Positions 28,501-37,813 of a stretch of DNA of 64,000 bases are shown here, piece after piece. Both the position numbers and the translations under genes were made by a program. Source of the DNA: an uncultured delta proteobacterium (GTDB taxonomy: Bacteria > Myxococcota_A > UBA9160 > UBA4427); assembly GCA_963822965.1 (NCBI GenBank), contig CAWGJT010000010.1, positions 576,001 to 640,000 on the forward strand. Direction: 5' to 3'. Numbering within the stretch: position 1 is the stretch's first letter; every line of letters starts with the position of its first letter. Under the pieces are notes generated by a model. That model had not been told where the DNA came from and did no database searches. It was given only the letters and a program-made list of their open reading frames with translations.

Positions 28501-29483
28501 AGCATCGCCGCTCCACCCGGTGCGGCCGGCGCGTCGGGGTACAGCACGCGCGCGATCCAGTCGAGGGCGTCACCCACCGGCCCGGCGTTGCTCTCGATCA
28601 CCCAACGATCCGCGACGACGTGTCGACCGGTCCACACCCGCGCCTGGGCGTCGATCACGGGGCGGTCGACCACGACCTGCACGGGGGCCGTCGTGCCCAC
28701 GACCATGCCGACGTCGCCGGGCGTCACGGCGCCTGCGCCGAGGAGCCCGCACTGGGTGTCGGCCCCGCCGATGAAGACCGGCGTCCCCGGCGCGAGACCG
28801 AAGCGCGCGGCGGCGTCGTGGGTGAGCCCGCCCAGGCGGCTTCCGGACGCGTGGATCGCGGGAAGGAGACGACGCGGAATCTCCAGCCGGTCGATCCATT
28901 GCCACGACCAGGATCCGGCCGTCACGTCGTAGAGCAGCGATTCCGCGGCCTGGGAGGGGTCGCTCGCGGCCTCGCCGCAGAGCAGGAAGGCCATCCAGTC
29001 GCCGAGACTCAGGACGTGGCGGGCCCGCTCGAGGACCGCGGGCTGGCTCTCGCGCATCCATCGCAGCCGAGCGGCGGTGTAGATGGGGCTGGGCCAGTGG
29101 CCCGTCGTTTGCTGCAGCGCCTCGCCGTGCTGCGCGGCCAGCACCAGCCCCGGGCCTGCCGCCCGCGCGTCCCGGTTCGGAACGGCGAGCAGGACCGCGC
29201 CGGTGTCGTCGAGGACGACGGTCCCCAGTCGCATGCTCGCGCAGGCGACGCCGCGCACCTCGTCGGTCCGGGCCCCGCTGCGGGCGAGCGCGCTTCGCGT
29301 GGCCGACGCGAGGGCGTCGGCCACGCCCGCCGGATCGAGGTCGAAGCCGAGGCCGCTCGTGCCGGGCGCCGGCTGCGACGCGATCGGCTCCGCCGCGCAG
29401 GTCGCGACGCCGGTGCCGAGATCGAGCACGAGCGCGCGCACGCTCCCGCCGCCGAGGTCCAGGCCGATCGCGTACTCGCTCAT
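25590..29483 (-). CDS. Four-domain fusion: FGGY carbohydrate kinase + D-2-hydroxyacid dehydrogenase + SCP2 sterol-carrier domain + class II aldolase
   Basis: Kinase, about 29483-27950: IGLDLGGGSVR, GGADTQCGLLG, GTT, AGGLSRS, EATALGAA. Dehydrogenase, about 27890-26900: PGRNADAVAD, GLVGFGAVG, VNTARAAL, LDTFAVEP, TPHVGG. SCP2, about 26650-26330: GxxNPMEAAMEGRLxFxGD. Aldolase, about 26215-25590: GGNVSAR, ITPS, PSSE, IHAH, NHG. Confidence 0.9.
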   Translation of the reverse strand: MSEYAIGLDLGGGSVRALVLDLGTGVATCAAEPIASQPAPGTSGLGFDLDPAGVADALASATRSALARSGARTDEVRGVACASMRLGTVVLDDTGAVLLAVPNRDARAAGPGLVLAAQHGEALQQTTGHWPSPIYTAARLRWMRESQPAVLERARHVLSLGDWMAFLLCGEAASDPSQAAESLLYDVTAGSWSWQWIDRLEIPRRLLPAIHASGSRLGGLTHDAAARFGLAPGTPVFIGGADTQCGLLGAGAVTPGDVGMVVGTTAPVQVVVDRPVIDAQARVWTGRHVVADRWVIESNAGPVGDALDWIARVLYPDAPAAPGGAAMLLGEAASSSPGARGLLSSLGVELMNAREPRLPVGNLTLSHMTTPGDPAPRSHVARALVEGVACGLRANLEQARAIAHASPSAAGTDVRLAGGLSRSALFAQVLADVLGEPVSVARPEATALGAALCAAAGAQDRDLSEVALAGSAGARRVEPDRAAVEAGQDLYRRWSELRTERRNADDSAARMATPFALSAWSSGAARDGERFRPRILVTSDCDERSLSALARLGEVEHASYRDARRMLTGPSLVKALQGVNVFVTEIDLVDAAALEQLPELRVIVSCRGDAVNVDADACTAFGIPMLRTPGRNADAVADLTLAFLLMLARKLPEATAFLHEPGIAAGDMGRMGQAFGRFRGRELWHKTVGLVGFGAVGAKVAARLRPFGTRVLVTDPYVSPERAAAAGVGAVPLVTLLRESDFVSLHAAVTPETTGLLGAAELDCMKPGACLVNTARAALLDEDALVEALAAGRIAGAALDTFAVEPPGSDHPLLALPNVIATPHVGGNTADVAAHQGEIVVEELSALVRGEKPRFTVNPETLAGFDWHGPRPTPPPDELARLKQGPAPAVSDLQKKQKQDRKPKPKQSNESNEPKQSASVEPTGTTSVPPDAQAPPSPVLLPAATREAMARIAADFVEGIVADEAMRVFSRGRDVTLHFTLEDADCGFHFRLADGRVTGSLGAPRENADVNLRMRADVLDGMFTGRANPMEAAMEGRLAFTGDAAKAMTLQHLQDDLQRLYQAARAAVGSPGDLGASAVAPGAPAVAAGDLRQDLVAVVRELYEAQVITATGGNVSARIPGEEALWITPSQLFKGDLRPEVLVRIDLDGRALDVGARSPSSEWDMHCAVLKARPEAKAVIHAHAPHATILANSGLPFLPISTEAAFFGDIPRVPFLMPGTPALAEAVATAMGTGWAVLLVNHGIVVAGRSLRRAADMVEIIERSAEVILGCYAVGKPPPTLPEDVVAQLREMGDLVA

Positions 29484-29493
29484 CGGCCCTCCC

Positions 29494-30753
29494 TCAATCG
29501 AAGCGGACCGGCAGCTCGAGGGGCGAGCGGAAGGCCATGCCGGTCACGTGGATGTCCTCGGCGTCCGGGTCGAGGCGCAGCTTCGGGAACCGGTCGAGGA
29601 GCGTCTCCAGCACCACCCGCGTCTCCATGTGGGCCAGGTGGATGCCCAGGCAGCGGTGCGGTCCGAAGGCGAAGGCCACGTGGGCCTTCTGGGGCCGGAA
29701 GATGTCGAAGGACTCGGGCTCGCTCCAGCGACTCTCGTCGTGGTTCGCCGAGCCCAGGTTGACGTGGATCATCTGTCCTTCCGGGATGCGGGCCCCGCCC
29801 ACCTCGGTGTCCTCGGTACAGGTCCGCATGATGCCGGTGAGCGGGCATTCCCAGCGCAGCCCCTCGTCGATGGCCTGGGGGACGAGGCCGCGATCCTGGC
29901 GCACCGCCTCCAGCTGGTCCGGGTGGGAGAGCAGGCCGAAGAGCAGGTTGCTCGACGATCGATAGGTGGTCTCCGCGCCGGCGGGCGCCAGCAGCCGGAG
30001 GAACGCGAAGATGCCGTCGTCGTCGAGCTTGGTGCCGTCGCCGCCCGAGGCCTCGGCGAGCACGCTGATGAGGTCGTTGCCGGGCTGGCTGCGGCGCTCG
30101 GCGAGAGACTCGGCGAACATCTGCTTGAGGCCCTGGGAGGCCCGCAGGCCGAGCTCGGGGTCGAGGTTCACGCTGATGAGCTCGATGGCGAGTCGGTGGA
30201 ACTCCTCGTGCCGGGCCTCGGGCAGCCCCATCATGCCGGCGATCACCGACACCGGGAACACGAACGTGAGCTCGGGGATCAGGTCGGCACGCCCGCGCCC
30301 CGCGAAGCGGTCCACGAGCTCGTTCACCACCGGACGGACGAGCTCGTGCTCCCAGCGGTCGAGCGCCTTGCGGGTGAAGGCCTGGGCGAGCAGCCCGCGG
30401 ACGCGGCCGTGCTCGGGCTCGTCCATCTCGAGGATCGTGTGGCCCATGACCGGGCCCATCATCATCTCGTAGCCGCGCGACGAGAAGCGGCGCCCGTCCC
30501 GCAGCACCTCGGACACGCTGTCGAAGCGGCAGGCGGAGTAGATGTCCGGCAGGGCCGCGCTCACGTGCTCGTCGACCTCGCCGCCCATCATCGCCGCGGG
30601 GCTGACGACCGCCACGCCCCCCTGCTTTCGAAGCTCGGCAAAGATCGGGTAGGGGTTGCGCATGCTGCCGGCCCCCTGGGCCCGGTTGAAGCGCTCGAAC
30701 GGGCTCATCACCTCCACCGTCCGGGGGTCGAAGCTCGACGGGGTCTCGCTCAT
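29494..30753 (-). CDS. Cytochrome P450
   Basis: AGAETT I-helix, EGLR, heme motif AFAFGPHRCLG. Ends 10 nt upstream of the fusion gene, which has a GAGGGAGG RBS. Confidence 0.97.
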   Translation of the reverse strand: MSETPSSFDPRTVEVMSPFERFNRAQGAGSMRNPYPIFAELRKQGGVAVVSPAAMMGGEVDEHVSAALPDIYSACRFDSVSEVLRDGRRFSSRGYEMMMGPVMGHTILEMDEPEHGRVRGLLAQAFTRKALDRWEHELVRPVVNELVDRFAGRGRADLIPELTFVFPVSVIAGMMGLPEARHEEFHRLAIELISVNLDPELGLRASQGLKQMFAESLAERRSQPGNDLISVLAEASGGDGTKLDDDGIFAFLRLLAPAGAETTYRSSSNLLFGLLSHPDQLEAVRQDRGLVPQAIDEGLRWECPLTGIMRTCTEDTEVGGARIPEGQMIHVNLGSANHDESRWSEPESFDIFRPQKAHVAFAFGPHRCLGIHLAHMETRVVLETLLDRFPKLRLDPDAEDIHVTGMAFRSPLELPVRFD

Positions 30754-30849
30754 GGCATCTCCTGGGAGTCGGGCCCTCGGGTCGAAATTCGAAGTAATTC
30801 CATAGGCTTGCGCCTTCGGGATCGCCGAGGACGAGCCCCCGGGGCTTCG

Positions 30850-30867
30850 ATTTGACAGAGTATCAGA
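30850..30867. promoter_or_regulatory. Candidate operator (semi-palindrome) in the divergent P450/Usp intergenic region
   Basis: ATTTGACAGAGTATCAGA, 13/18 identical to ATCTGACAGACCGTCACA at 49027-49044. Both lie in AT-richer intergenic DNA. Confidence 0.45.
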
Positions 30868-30959
30868 AACCGAACCGTCCGTGGCGGGACCCCTCACGGC
30901 GGACGCTTCCGGCCCCGGGGGCCCCTTCGGAGCCGCGCGGATGAGCTAACCCTCCCGAA

Positions 30960-31895
30960 GTGGACCCGTCCTCCGTACCGCGCCGCATCCTGTGTGGGGT
31001 TTCGAGCCGCCTGGCCGAGGGCGAGGAGCGGGTGTCCCTGTGCCCGGCGGACGAGCACACGGCCCGGCAGGTCCTGCAGCTGGCCGCGAAGGTGGACGCC
31101 GCGGTCCGCTTCGTCCACGTCGTCGACTGGATCGACGAGCGCCTGCGCGACAGCGAAGACGAGCTCGTGCAGATCGTCCACAACGAGCTCGACGACCCGC
31201 TGCTGGCCCTCGACCGCGAAGCGGAGCGCCAGGGCGTCTCGAGCAGCCACGAGCTGCGCGAGGGATCGCCGTGGCGCGAGCTGTTGCGGGCGGCGCGCGA
31301 CTGGTCCGCCGACGTGGTCGCCATCAGCCCGCGGCGGGACGAGACCTCCCTGGTCGATCGCGTCCTGCACGGCAGCACCGCCATTCGCGTCCTGAAGAAG
31401 GCACGCTGCCCGGTCTGGGTCGTCGATCCGTCGCAGCACGCCGTGCGGCGGGTGCTCGCGCTGGTGGACGGCACGCCGGTGAGTGCTCGCGTCGTCGAGA
31501 CCGCGCGGGTTCTGGGGCGCGTCTACCAGGCCGAGCTGGTGGCGCTGCGCTGCCTCGACTATCCGGACGACATCGTCCTGCACCGGCTGCCCCGGGCGCG
31601 CCAGGAGATCGAGCGCTACCACCGCAAGTTGCGCGAGTCGGCCCGGGCCGAGCTGCAACGGCTGACGGCGGGCGAAGAGAAGTGGGACCTGCTGCTGGGC
31701 GAGGACTGGGTGGCGCGACAGGCGCCGCGCGTCGTCCAGGACCGGCAGGTCGATCTCGTGGTGCTGGGCGCCGTCTCCAAGCCGCGGCTGGCGGGGGCGT
31801 TGATCGGAACCACCGCCCAGCGCCTGCTCGAGCACGTGGGCGTCTCGGCGTGGGTCGTGCACCCGGCAGGGGACGACCCGGGCGGGCTCGAATAG
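30960..31895 (+). CDS. Universal stress protein (tandem Usp domains)
   Basis: RRILCGV, FVHVVD, GSP..ELL, ADVVAI..VLHGSTAxRVLKxAxCPVWVV, and a second domain DLVVLG...IGTTAQRLL. Confidence 0.9.
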   Translation: MDPSSVPRRILCGVSSRLAEGEERVSLCPADEHTARQVLQLAAKVDAAVRFVHVVDWIDERLRDSEDELVQIVHNELDDPLLALDREAERQGVSSSHELREGSPWRELLRAARDWSADVVAISPRRDETSLVDRVLHGSTAIRVLKKARCPVWVVDPSQHAVRRVLALVDGTPVSARVVETARVLGRVYQAELVALRCLDYPDDIVLHRLPRARQEIERYHRKLRESARAELQRLTAGEEKWDLLLGEDWVARQAPRVVQDRQVDLVVLGAVSKPRLAGALIGTTAQRLLEHVGVSAWVVHPAGDDPGGLE

Positions 31896-31897
31896 GG

Positions 31898-33127
31898 ATG
31901 CCGGCCGCGGAGCCGGACTGGGGCCACTCGAACCCGCTGCCCGACGTCTCGGGCCGGGTGGCGATCGCCGGGGTCGGCGAGTCGAAGCACACGCCCGCGT
32001 CCGGGCGCGAGTCCGTGGACATCGCGATCGATGCCGTCGAAGCGGCCCTCGACGACGCCGGGCTCACGCCCCGGGACGTGGACGGCCTCATGTGGAGCGG
32101 CGGGCTGCCGGGCCAGCTCGACGAGAAGGCGTTCCGCAGCCACTTCGGCGCGCGCGGCTTCGACGGTCGCCTCTGGACCTCGACCCAGGGCGGGGGCATG
32201 GTGTGGGCCGCCACCGCGCCGGTGCGCGCCGCACGCGCGCTCGAGGCGGGCGAGGCGCGGGTGATCGTCAACGCGTTCTCCGTCGCCTGGGCGACCCAGC
32301 GCCGGCAGGGCGTGGGCGATCCCGGCCAGTTCCACGCCGCGGAACGCTTCAAGGCGAACCTCGAGCTGCCCTTCGGCTGGTTTCCCCAGCCCGTCTACTT
32401 CGCGACGATCGCCCGGCGACACATGCACGAGTATGGGACGACGGCGGCGCAGCTGGGAGCCATCGCCGTGGCGTGCCGACGTCACGCCAACCGGCACCCC
32501 GGGGCGGTGATGCACGACAAGCCCCTGAGCCTCGAGGACTACCTGGCGCGGCCCATGCTGGTGGACCCGCTGCGCATGGAGGACTGCTGCCTGATCTCGG
32601 ACGGCGGGGCCGCCTACGTGATGACCACCCCCGAGCACGCCCGGGACCTGCGCCGGCCTCCGGTCACGGTCACCGGCGTGGGCGAGGGCGTCTCCGGCAG
32701 CGGGGTCTTCTGGAGCCAGCAGGGCGACTTCACCGCCACGCCCCAGGTCTTCTCCGCGCCCCGGGCGTTCGAGATGGCCGGCATCAGGCCCGCGGACGTC
32801 GACGTCCTCACCCTCTACGACCCGTTCACCATCGTGGCGTTGATGCAGATCGAGGACATGGGCTTCTGCAAGAAGGGCGAGGGGGGAGCCTTCGTGGAGG
32901 GCACGCGCCTGCACTACGACGGCGGTCCGGACGGCGGCGGGCTGCCCTACAACACCCACGGCGGGCTCCTCTCCCACGCCTACGTGCTCGGCATCGCGCA
33001 CGTGGTGGAGGTGGTCCGGCAGCTGCGAGGCGAGGCCGCGTGTCAGGTTCCCGGCGCCGAGATCGGCGTCTACGGCGGCTACACCGGCCACATGGCGAGC
33101 ACCCTGGTGCTGCGGAGGACGCCTTGA
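31898..33127 (+). CDS. SCP-x/thiolase-fold protein, Ltp2-like aldolase
   Basis: AIAGVGE, HMHEYGTT, PLxxxDCCLISDGG, LYDPFT, NTHGGLLSHAY. No nucleophilic Cys in the N-terminal loop (GGGMVWAA). Confidence 0.88.
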   Translation: MPAAEPDWGHSNPLPDVSGRVAIAGVGESKHTPASGRESVDIAIDAVEAALDDAGLTPRDVDGLMWSGGLPGQLDEKAFRSHFGARGFDGRLWTSTQGGGMVWAATAPVRAARALEAGEARVIVNAFSVAWATQRRQGVGDPGQFHAAERFKANLELPFGWFPQPVYFATIARRHMHEYGTTAAQLGAIAVACRRHANRHPGAVMHDKPLSLEDYLARPMLVDPLRMEDCCLISDGGAAYVMTTPEHARDLRRPPVTVTGVGEGVSGSGVFWSQQGDFTATPQVFSAPRAFEMAGIRPADVDVLTLYDPFTIVALMQIEDMGFCKKGEGGAFVEGTRLHYDGGPDGGGLPYNTHGGLLSHAYVLGIAHVVEVVRQLRGEAACQVPGAEIGVYGGYTGHMASTLVLRRTP

Positions 33128-33555
33128 AGTCGGCGCTTCCCGACATCGCCTGGCCGCCGACGGCCGGCTTCTGGCAGGCTGCCGCCCGCGACGATCTCGC
33201 GATTCCGCGCTGCGACGGCTGCCGGCGCTACGTCTGGTACCCCCGGGACGCCTGTCCACACTGCGGCGGGGACGCCATGCCCTGGGAGGTGGTGAGCGGG
33301 CGCGGGACGCTCTTCTCGTGGGCCTACGTCGAGCGCGCGCTCTTCGCTCCCTTCGCGGACAAGGTTCCCTACGTGACGGGCCTCGTGGCGCTGGCCGAGG
33401 ATCCCGCCGTCCGGATCGTCACCGACGTCGTCGATTGCGACCCCCACGCACTCGCCGTCGACATGCCGGTGCATGTCGTGTTCCGTGATCTCTCGTTCCC
33501 GGGGGACGAAGCGCACGTGCGCGCGCCGTTCTTCGTGCCGGAGGACTCGTCGTGA
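33124..33555 (+). CDS. DUF35 Zn-ribbon/OB-fold protein (ChsH2-C-like partner)
   Basis: TxGFWxAA, RCDGC...PRxACPHC, SGRGTLFSW, PYVxGLVxL. TTG start overlaps the upstream stop. Confidence 0.92.
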   Translation: MKSALPDIAWPPTAGFWQAAARDDLAIPRCDGCRRYVWYPRDACPHCGGDAMPWEVVSGRGTLFSWAYVERALFAPFADKVPYVTGLVALAEDPAVRIVTDVVDCDPHALAVDMPVHVVFRDLSFPGDEAHVRAPFFVPEDSS

Positions 33556-34757
33556 GCGATTCCCGAACCAGCGACCTCTTCTTCGACGTGGCCAGCATCG
33601 ACTACCCGATCATCGACGCCGACGCCCACGTGAACGAGCCGCCGGACCTGTGGGTGGATCGGGTGCCGAGCAAGTGGCGCGATCGCGCGCCCCGGGTCAC
33701 GCACAGCGATGGCGGCGACCTGTGGATCTTCGACGGCGGCAAGGAGAAGTGGCCGGTCGGCCTCACCGCCACCGCCGGGCTCAGCTACTTCCAGTTCCGG
33801 CCCTCGGGCGCCACCTACGAATCGATGCGGCCCGGGAGCTTCGAGACCAAGGCGCGACTCGCGGATCTGGACGCCGACGGCATTCATGCCCAGATCCTCT
33901 ACCCGAGCGTCACCCTCAAGGGCGCGCGCATCTACTCCCAGGAGCGAGAGCTCCAGCTGGCGTGCGTCCGCGCCTACAACGAGTGGCTGCTCGAGTTCTG
34001 CGAGGGCTCGGGGGGACGGCTGATCGGCCAGGCGGTGCTGCCGACCACCGGCGTGGACGACACCCTGGCCGAGCTGGACTGGGCGCTCGAGCGGGGCCAC
34101 CGGGGCGGCATCCTGTCCTCCTTCCCCAACGGCAGCCTGGATCCCCTGCCCGAAGACGATCGCTTCTGGGCCAGCGTGCAGGAGCGCGGGGCTCCCATCG
34201 CGATCCACATCGGGAGCTTCCTGCGAGGCGGGCCGCCGGGCGGCTCGACCGGCCGCAACTGGACGACCCTGGCCTTCGTCGGACGAGCGGCCTGGACGAA
34301 GGCCGGCGGACAGACCCTCGACGTCGTCTGCGACGTGCTCTTCTCCGGCATCTTCGAGCGCTTCCCCGGCCTCAAGATCGTGCTCGTGGAGGCCAACATC
34401 GGCTGGATCCCCACCCTGCTCGAGCAGAGCGACGACATGTTCCGGCGTTACCGTTGGTACACGGGCGCGGTGAAGGAGATGACCGAGATGCCGAGCCGGG
34501 TCTTCTTCCGCAACTTCTGGGCCACCTTCATGGTCGACACGGTGGGCGTCGAGCTGCGCCATCGCATGAACCTCGACCACATCATGTGGTCCACCGACTA
34601 CCCGCACAGCGGCAGCGACTGGCCCGAGTCGGGCCTCTCCATCGAGCGCGTCTTCCGCGGCGTGCCGCGGGACGAGGTACGGAAGATGCTCCACGGCAAC
34701 TGCAAGACCCTGTACGGCCTCGATCACATTCCCGACTGCTGGCGATCCGGCGCCTGA
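33552..34757 (+). CDS. Amidohydrolase family (Amidohydro_2) protein
   Basis: IIDADAHVNEPPDLW, DADGIHAQILYP, RAYNEWL, SGIFERFPxLKIVxVExxxGW, MWSTDYPH. Confidence 0.92.
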   Translation: MSDSRTSDLFFDVASIDYPIIDADAHVNEPPDLWVDRVPSKWRDRAPRVTHSDGGDLWIFDGGKEKWPVGLTATAGLSYFQFRPSGATYESMRPGSFETKARLADLDADGIHAQILYPSVTLKGARIYSQERELQLACVRAYNEWLLEFCEGSGGRLIGQAVLPTTGVDDTLAELDWALERGHRGGILSSFPNGSLDPLPEDDRFWASVQERGAPIAIHIGSFLRGGPPGGSTGRNWTTLAFVGRAAWTKAGGQTLDVVCDVLFSGIFERFPGLKIVLVEANIGWIPTLLEQSDDMFRRYRWYTGAVKEMTEMPSRVFFRNFWATFMVDTVGVELRHRMNLDHIMWSTDYPHSGSDWPESGLSIERVFRGVPRDEVRKMLHGNCKTLYGLDHIPDCWRSGA

Positions 34758-34869
34758 TCCCCGCACGCTCCGACACCAGCCCCCGCCGCCAGGCGTCCCG
34801 GGACGGCGGCTGACGCGGCAGACGCAAGCGGTCACCCACGTGCGTTGAACCGCCGGCGCGCGGCGTCGG

Positions 34870-35934
<1,065 letters not shown>

Positions 35935-35987
35935 AGGCCGGGTCGATGCTGCGGGTCGGCTCGTGGCGGCGCGGCCGGCGGCCGGTC

Positions 35988-36332
35988 TCAGCGACGGGAT
36001 TCGGGGACGGACACGATGGCCGCGGCGTCGTCCACCAGCCGGCGCACTTCCTCGCTGAGGGTCGGGTACGAGATTGCGAAGCCCGTGTCGGTGTGGCGCA
36101 CGACGGTTCCCACCACCTCGAAGGGCGCCACGGGCTGCACGAAGACGTAGAGGCGCAGCTGCTTGCCGAGCTCGGGCTTGAGGGGCGCCCCCTCGATCAT
36201 CGCCCCGGAGTAGGAGATGTCGGCGAGGGTGCCCGTGCCCTCGTTGCGGCCGGCCGAGTAGAGCAGCTCGAAGCGTGTCTGGATGCGTCCGCTGCTGCGC
36301 CGGTCGCTCGCGGCAGGCTTGGAGTTCGACAT
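35988..36332 (-). CDS. Stand-alone PilZ-domain (c-di-GMP binding) protein
   Basis: DRRSSGR (RxxxR), DISYSG (DxSxxG), GTVVRH and GFAI. Confidence 0.85.
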   Translation of the reverse strand: MSNSKPAASDRRSSGRIQTRFELLYSAGRNEGTGTLADISYSGAMIEGAPLKPELGKQLRLYVFVQPVAPFEVVGTVVRHTDTGFAISYPTLSEEVRRLVDDAAAIVSVPESRR

Positions 36333-36439
36333 GGTCTGGCTTATCGGAAAGCCTCTGTCCGGGCTTGACAGGCGCGGAGCACCCGAAGCTGCGCGCGGCC
36401 TGCCGGCTCCCGAACCTCGTCCTGGCCCCCCGCGGCCCC

Positions 36440-37725
36440 TCAGCGCGGGTCGTCTTCCCGGGTGATGTCCGCGCCCAGGGACTGCAGCTTCTCCTCCACC
36501 CGCTCGTACCCGCGATCGATGATGTCCGCGTTCTGGACGATGCTCGGCTGGCCCTCGGCGCACAGGGCTGCCATCAGCAGGGCCATGCCGGCCCGGATGT
36601 CCGGGCTGCGCACCGTTTGTCCCCGCAGCCGCGACGGTCCGGTCACCAGCACCCGGTGCGGGTCGCAGACGATGATGTTGGCGCCCATCTGGCTCAGCGG
36701 GTCGACGAAGTACATGCGACTCTCGAACATCTTCTCGAAGAAGAGCACGGTTCCCTCGCTCTGGGTCGCGAGCACGATCAGCGGGCTCATCATGTCCGAG
36801 GGAAACTGCGGCCACGGGCCGTCGTCGATGCGGGGCGTGCTCCGCCCACATCGGGTCGGATGCGCGGGGCCTGGCCCGGCGGCAGCACCACCCGGCTCGC
36901 CTCCAGCTGCAGCTCCAGCCCGAAGCGCTCGAAGACCCGGTGGATCATCCAGTAGTGGCCCCGCACCGTGTCGTTCACCGTCAGGCCGCCGCCCGTGGCT
37001 GCGGCGATGGCCAGGTAGCTGCCCACCTCGATGTGGTCGGACACCACGCGGTGCCGGGTGCCGTGCAACCGATCCACTCCGGTGATGGTGAGGGTGTTGG
37101 TGCCGACGCCCTCGATCTTCGCCCCCATGCTCGACAGCATGCGCACCAGGTCCTGGACGTGGGGCTCGCTGGCGGCGTTGCGCAGGGTGGTGGTGCCCTC
37201 CGCTAGGCACGCGACGCTCAGGATGTGCTCCGTCGCCGTGACGCTCGCCTCGTCGAAGAAGAGCACCGCGCCCTCGAGGCGTCCGCTCTGGCGGAACTCG
37301 AGATCGTCGACGTCGATCTCCACGCCGAGACCCTGCAGTCCGTAGAAGTGCGCGTCGAGGCGGCGGCGACCGATCATGTCGCCGCCCGGTGCGCTCACCC
37401 GCACGCGCCCGGTGCGCGACAGCAGGGGGCCCACCATCAGGATCGACGTGCGGATCTTCTCGCCGAGCTCTCGGGGGATGTCGCTCTCGTGGATCTCTGC
37501 GGCCCGCACCCGCACGGTTCCGCCGTCGCGCGCGATCTCCGCGCCGAGGTAGGCCAGGATGTCGAGCATGGCGTCCACGTCCCGGATGGCGGGCACGTTC
37601 TCGAGCACCACCTCGTCTTCGGTCAGCAGGCAGGCGGCGAGCATGGGCAGCACCGCGTTCTTGTTGCCGCTGGCGGTGATCTCGCCCCCGAGGCGCTGAC
37701 CGCCGCGAATCACGAATCGGCTCAT
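36440..37725 (-). CDS. murA: UDP-N-acetylglucosamine 1-carboxyvinyltransferase, split by one frameshift near 36835-36845
   Basis: N-part: [12 protein letters not shown], GGDxIGRRxLDx[21 protein letters not shown]-part in another frame: [28 protein letters not shown]. Adding 1 bp restores a full MurA. Confidence 0.9.
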
Positions 37726-37813
37726 GGCTGACTCCCCGCCGAGGCGCCGTGCCAGGATCCGGCAGGGGGCCCCGACGCACGAATGCGGATGCGGTGGGGG
37801 GGACCGCAGGGTA

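Noticed and set aside
27950..29483. Kinase domain as the AI-2 kinase LsrK
   Set aside because: It is FGGY-family and superficially similar, but no lsr transporter, lsrR, lsrF or lsrG is nearby.
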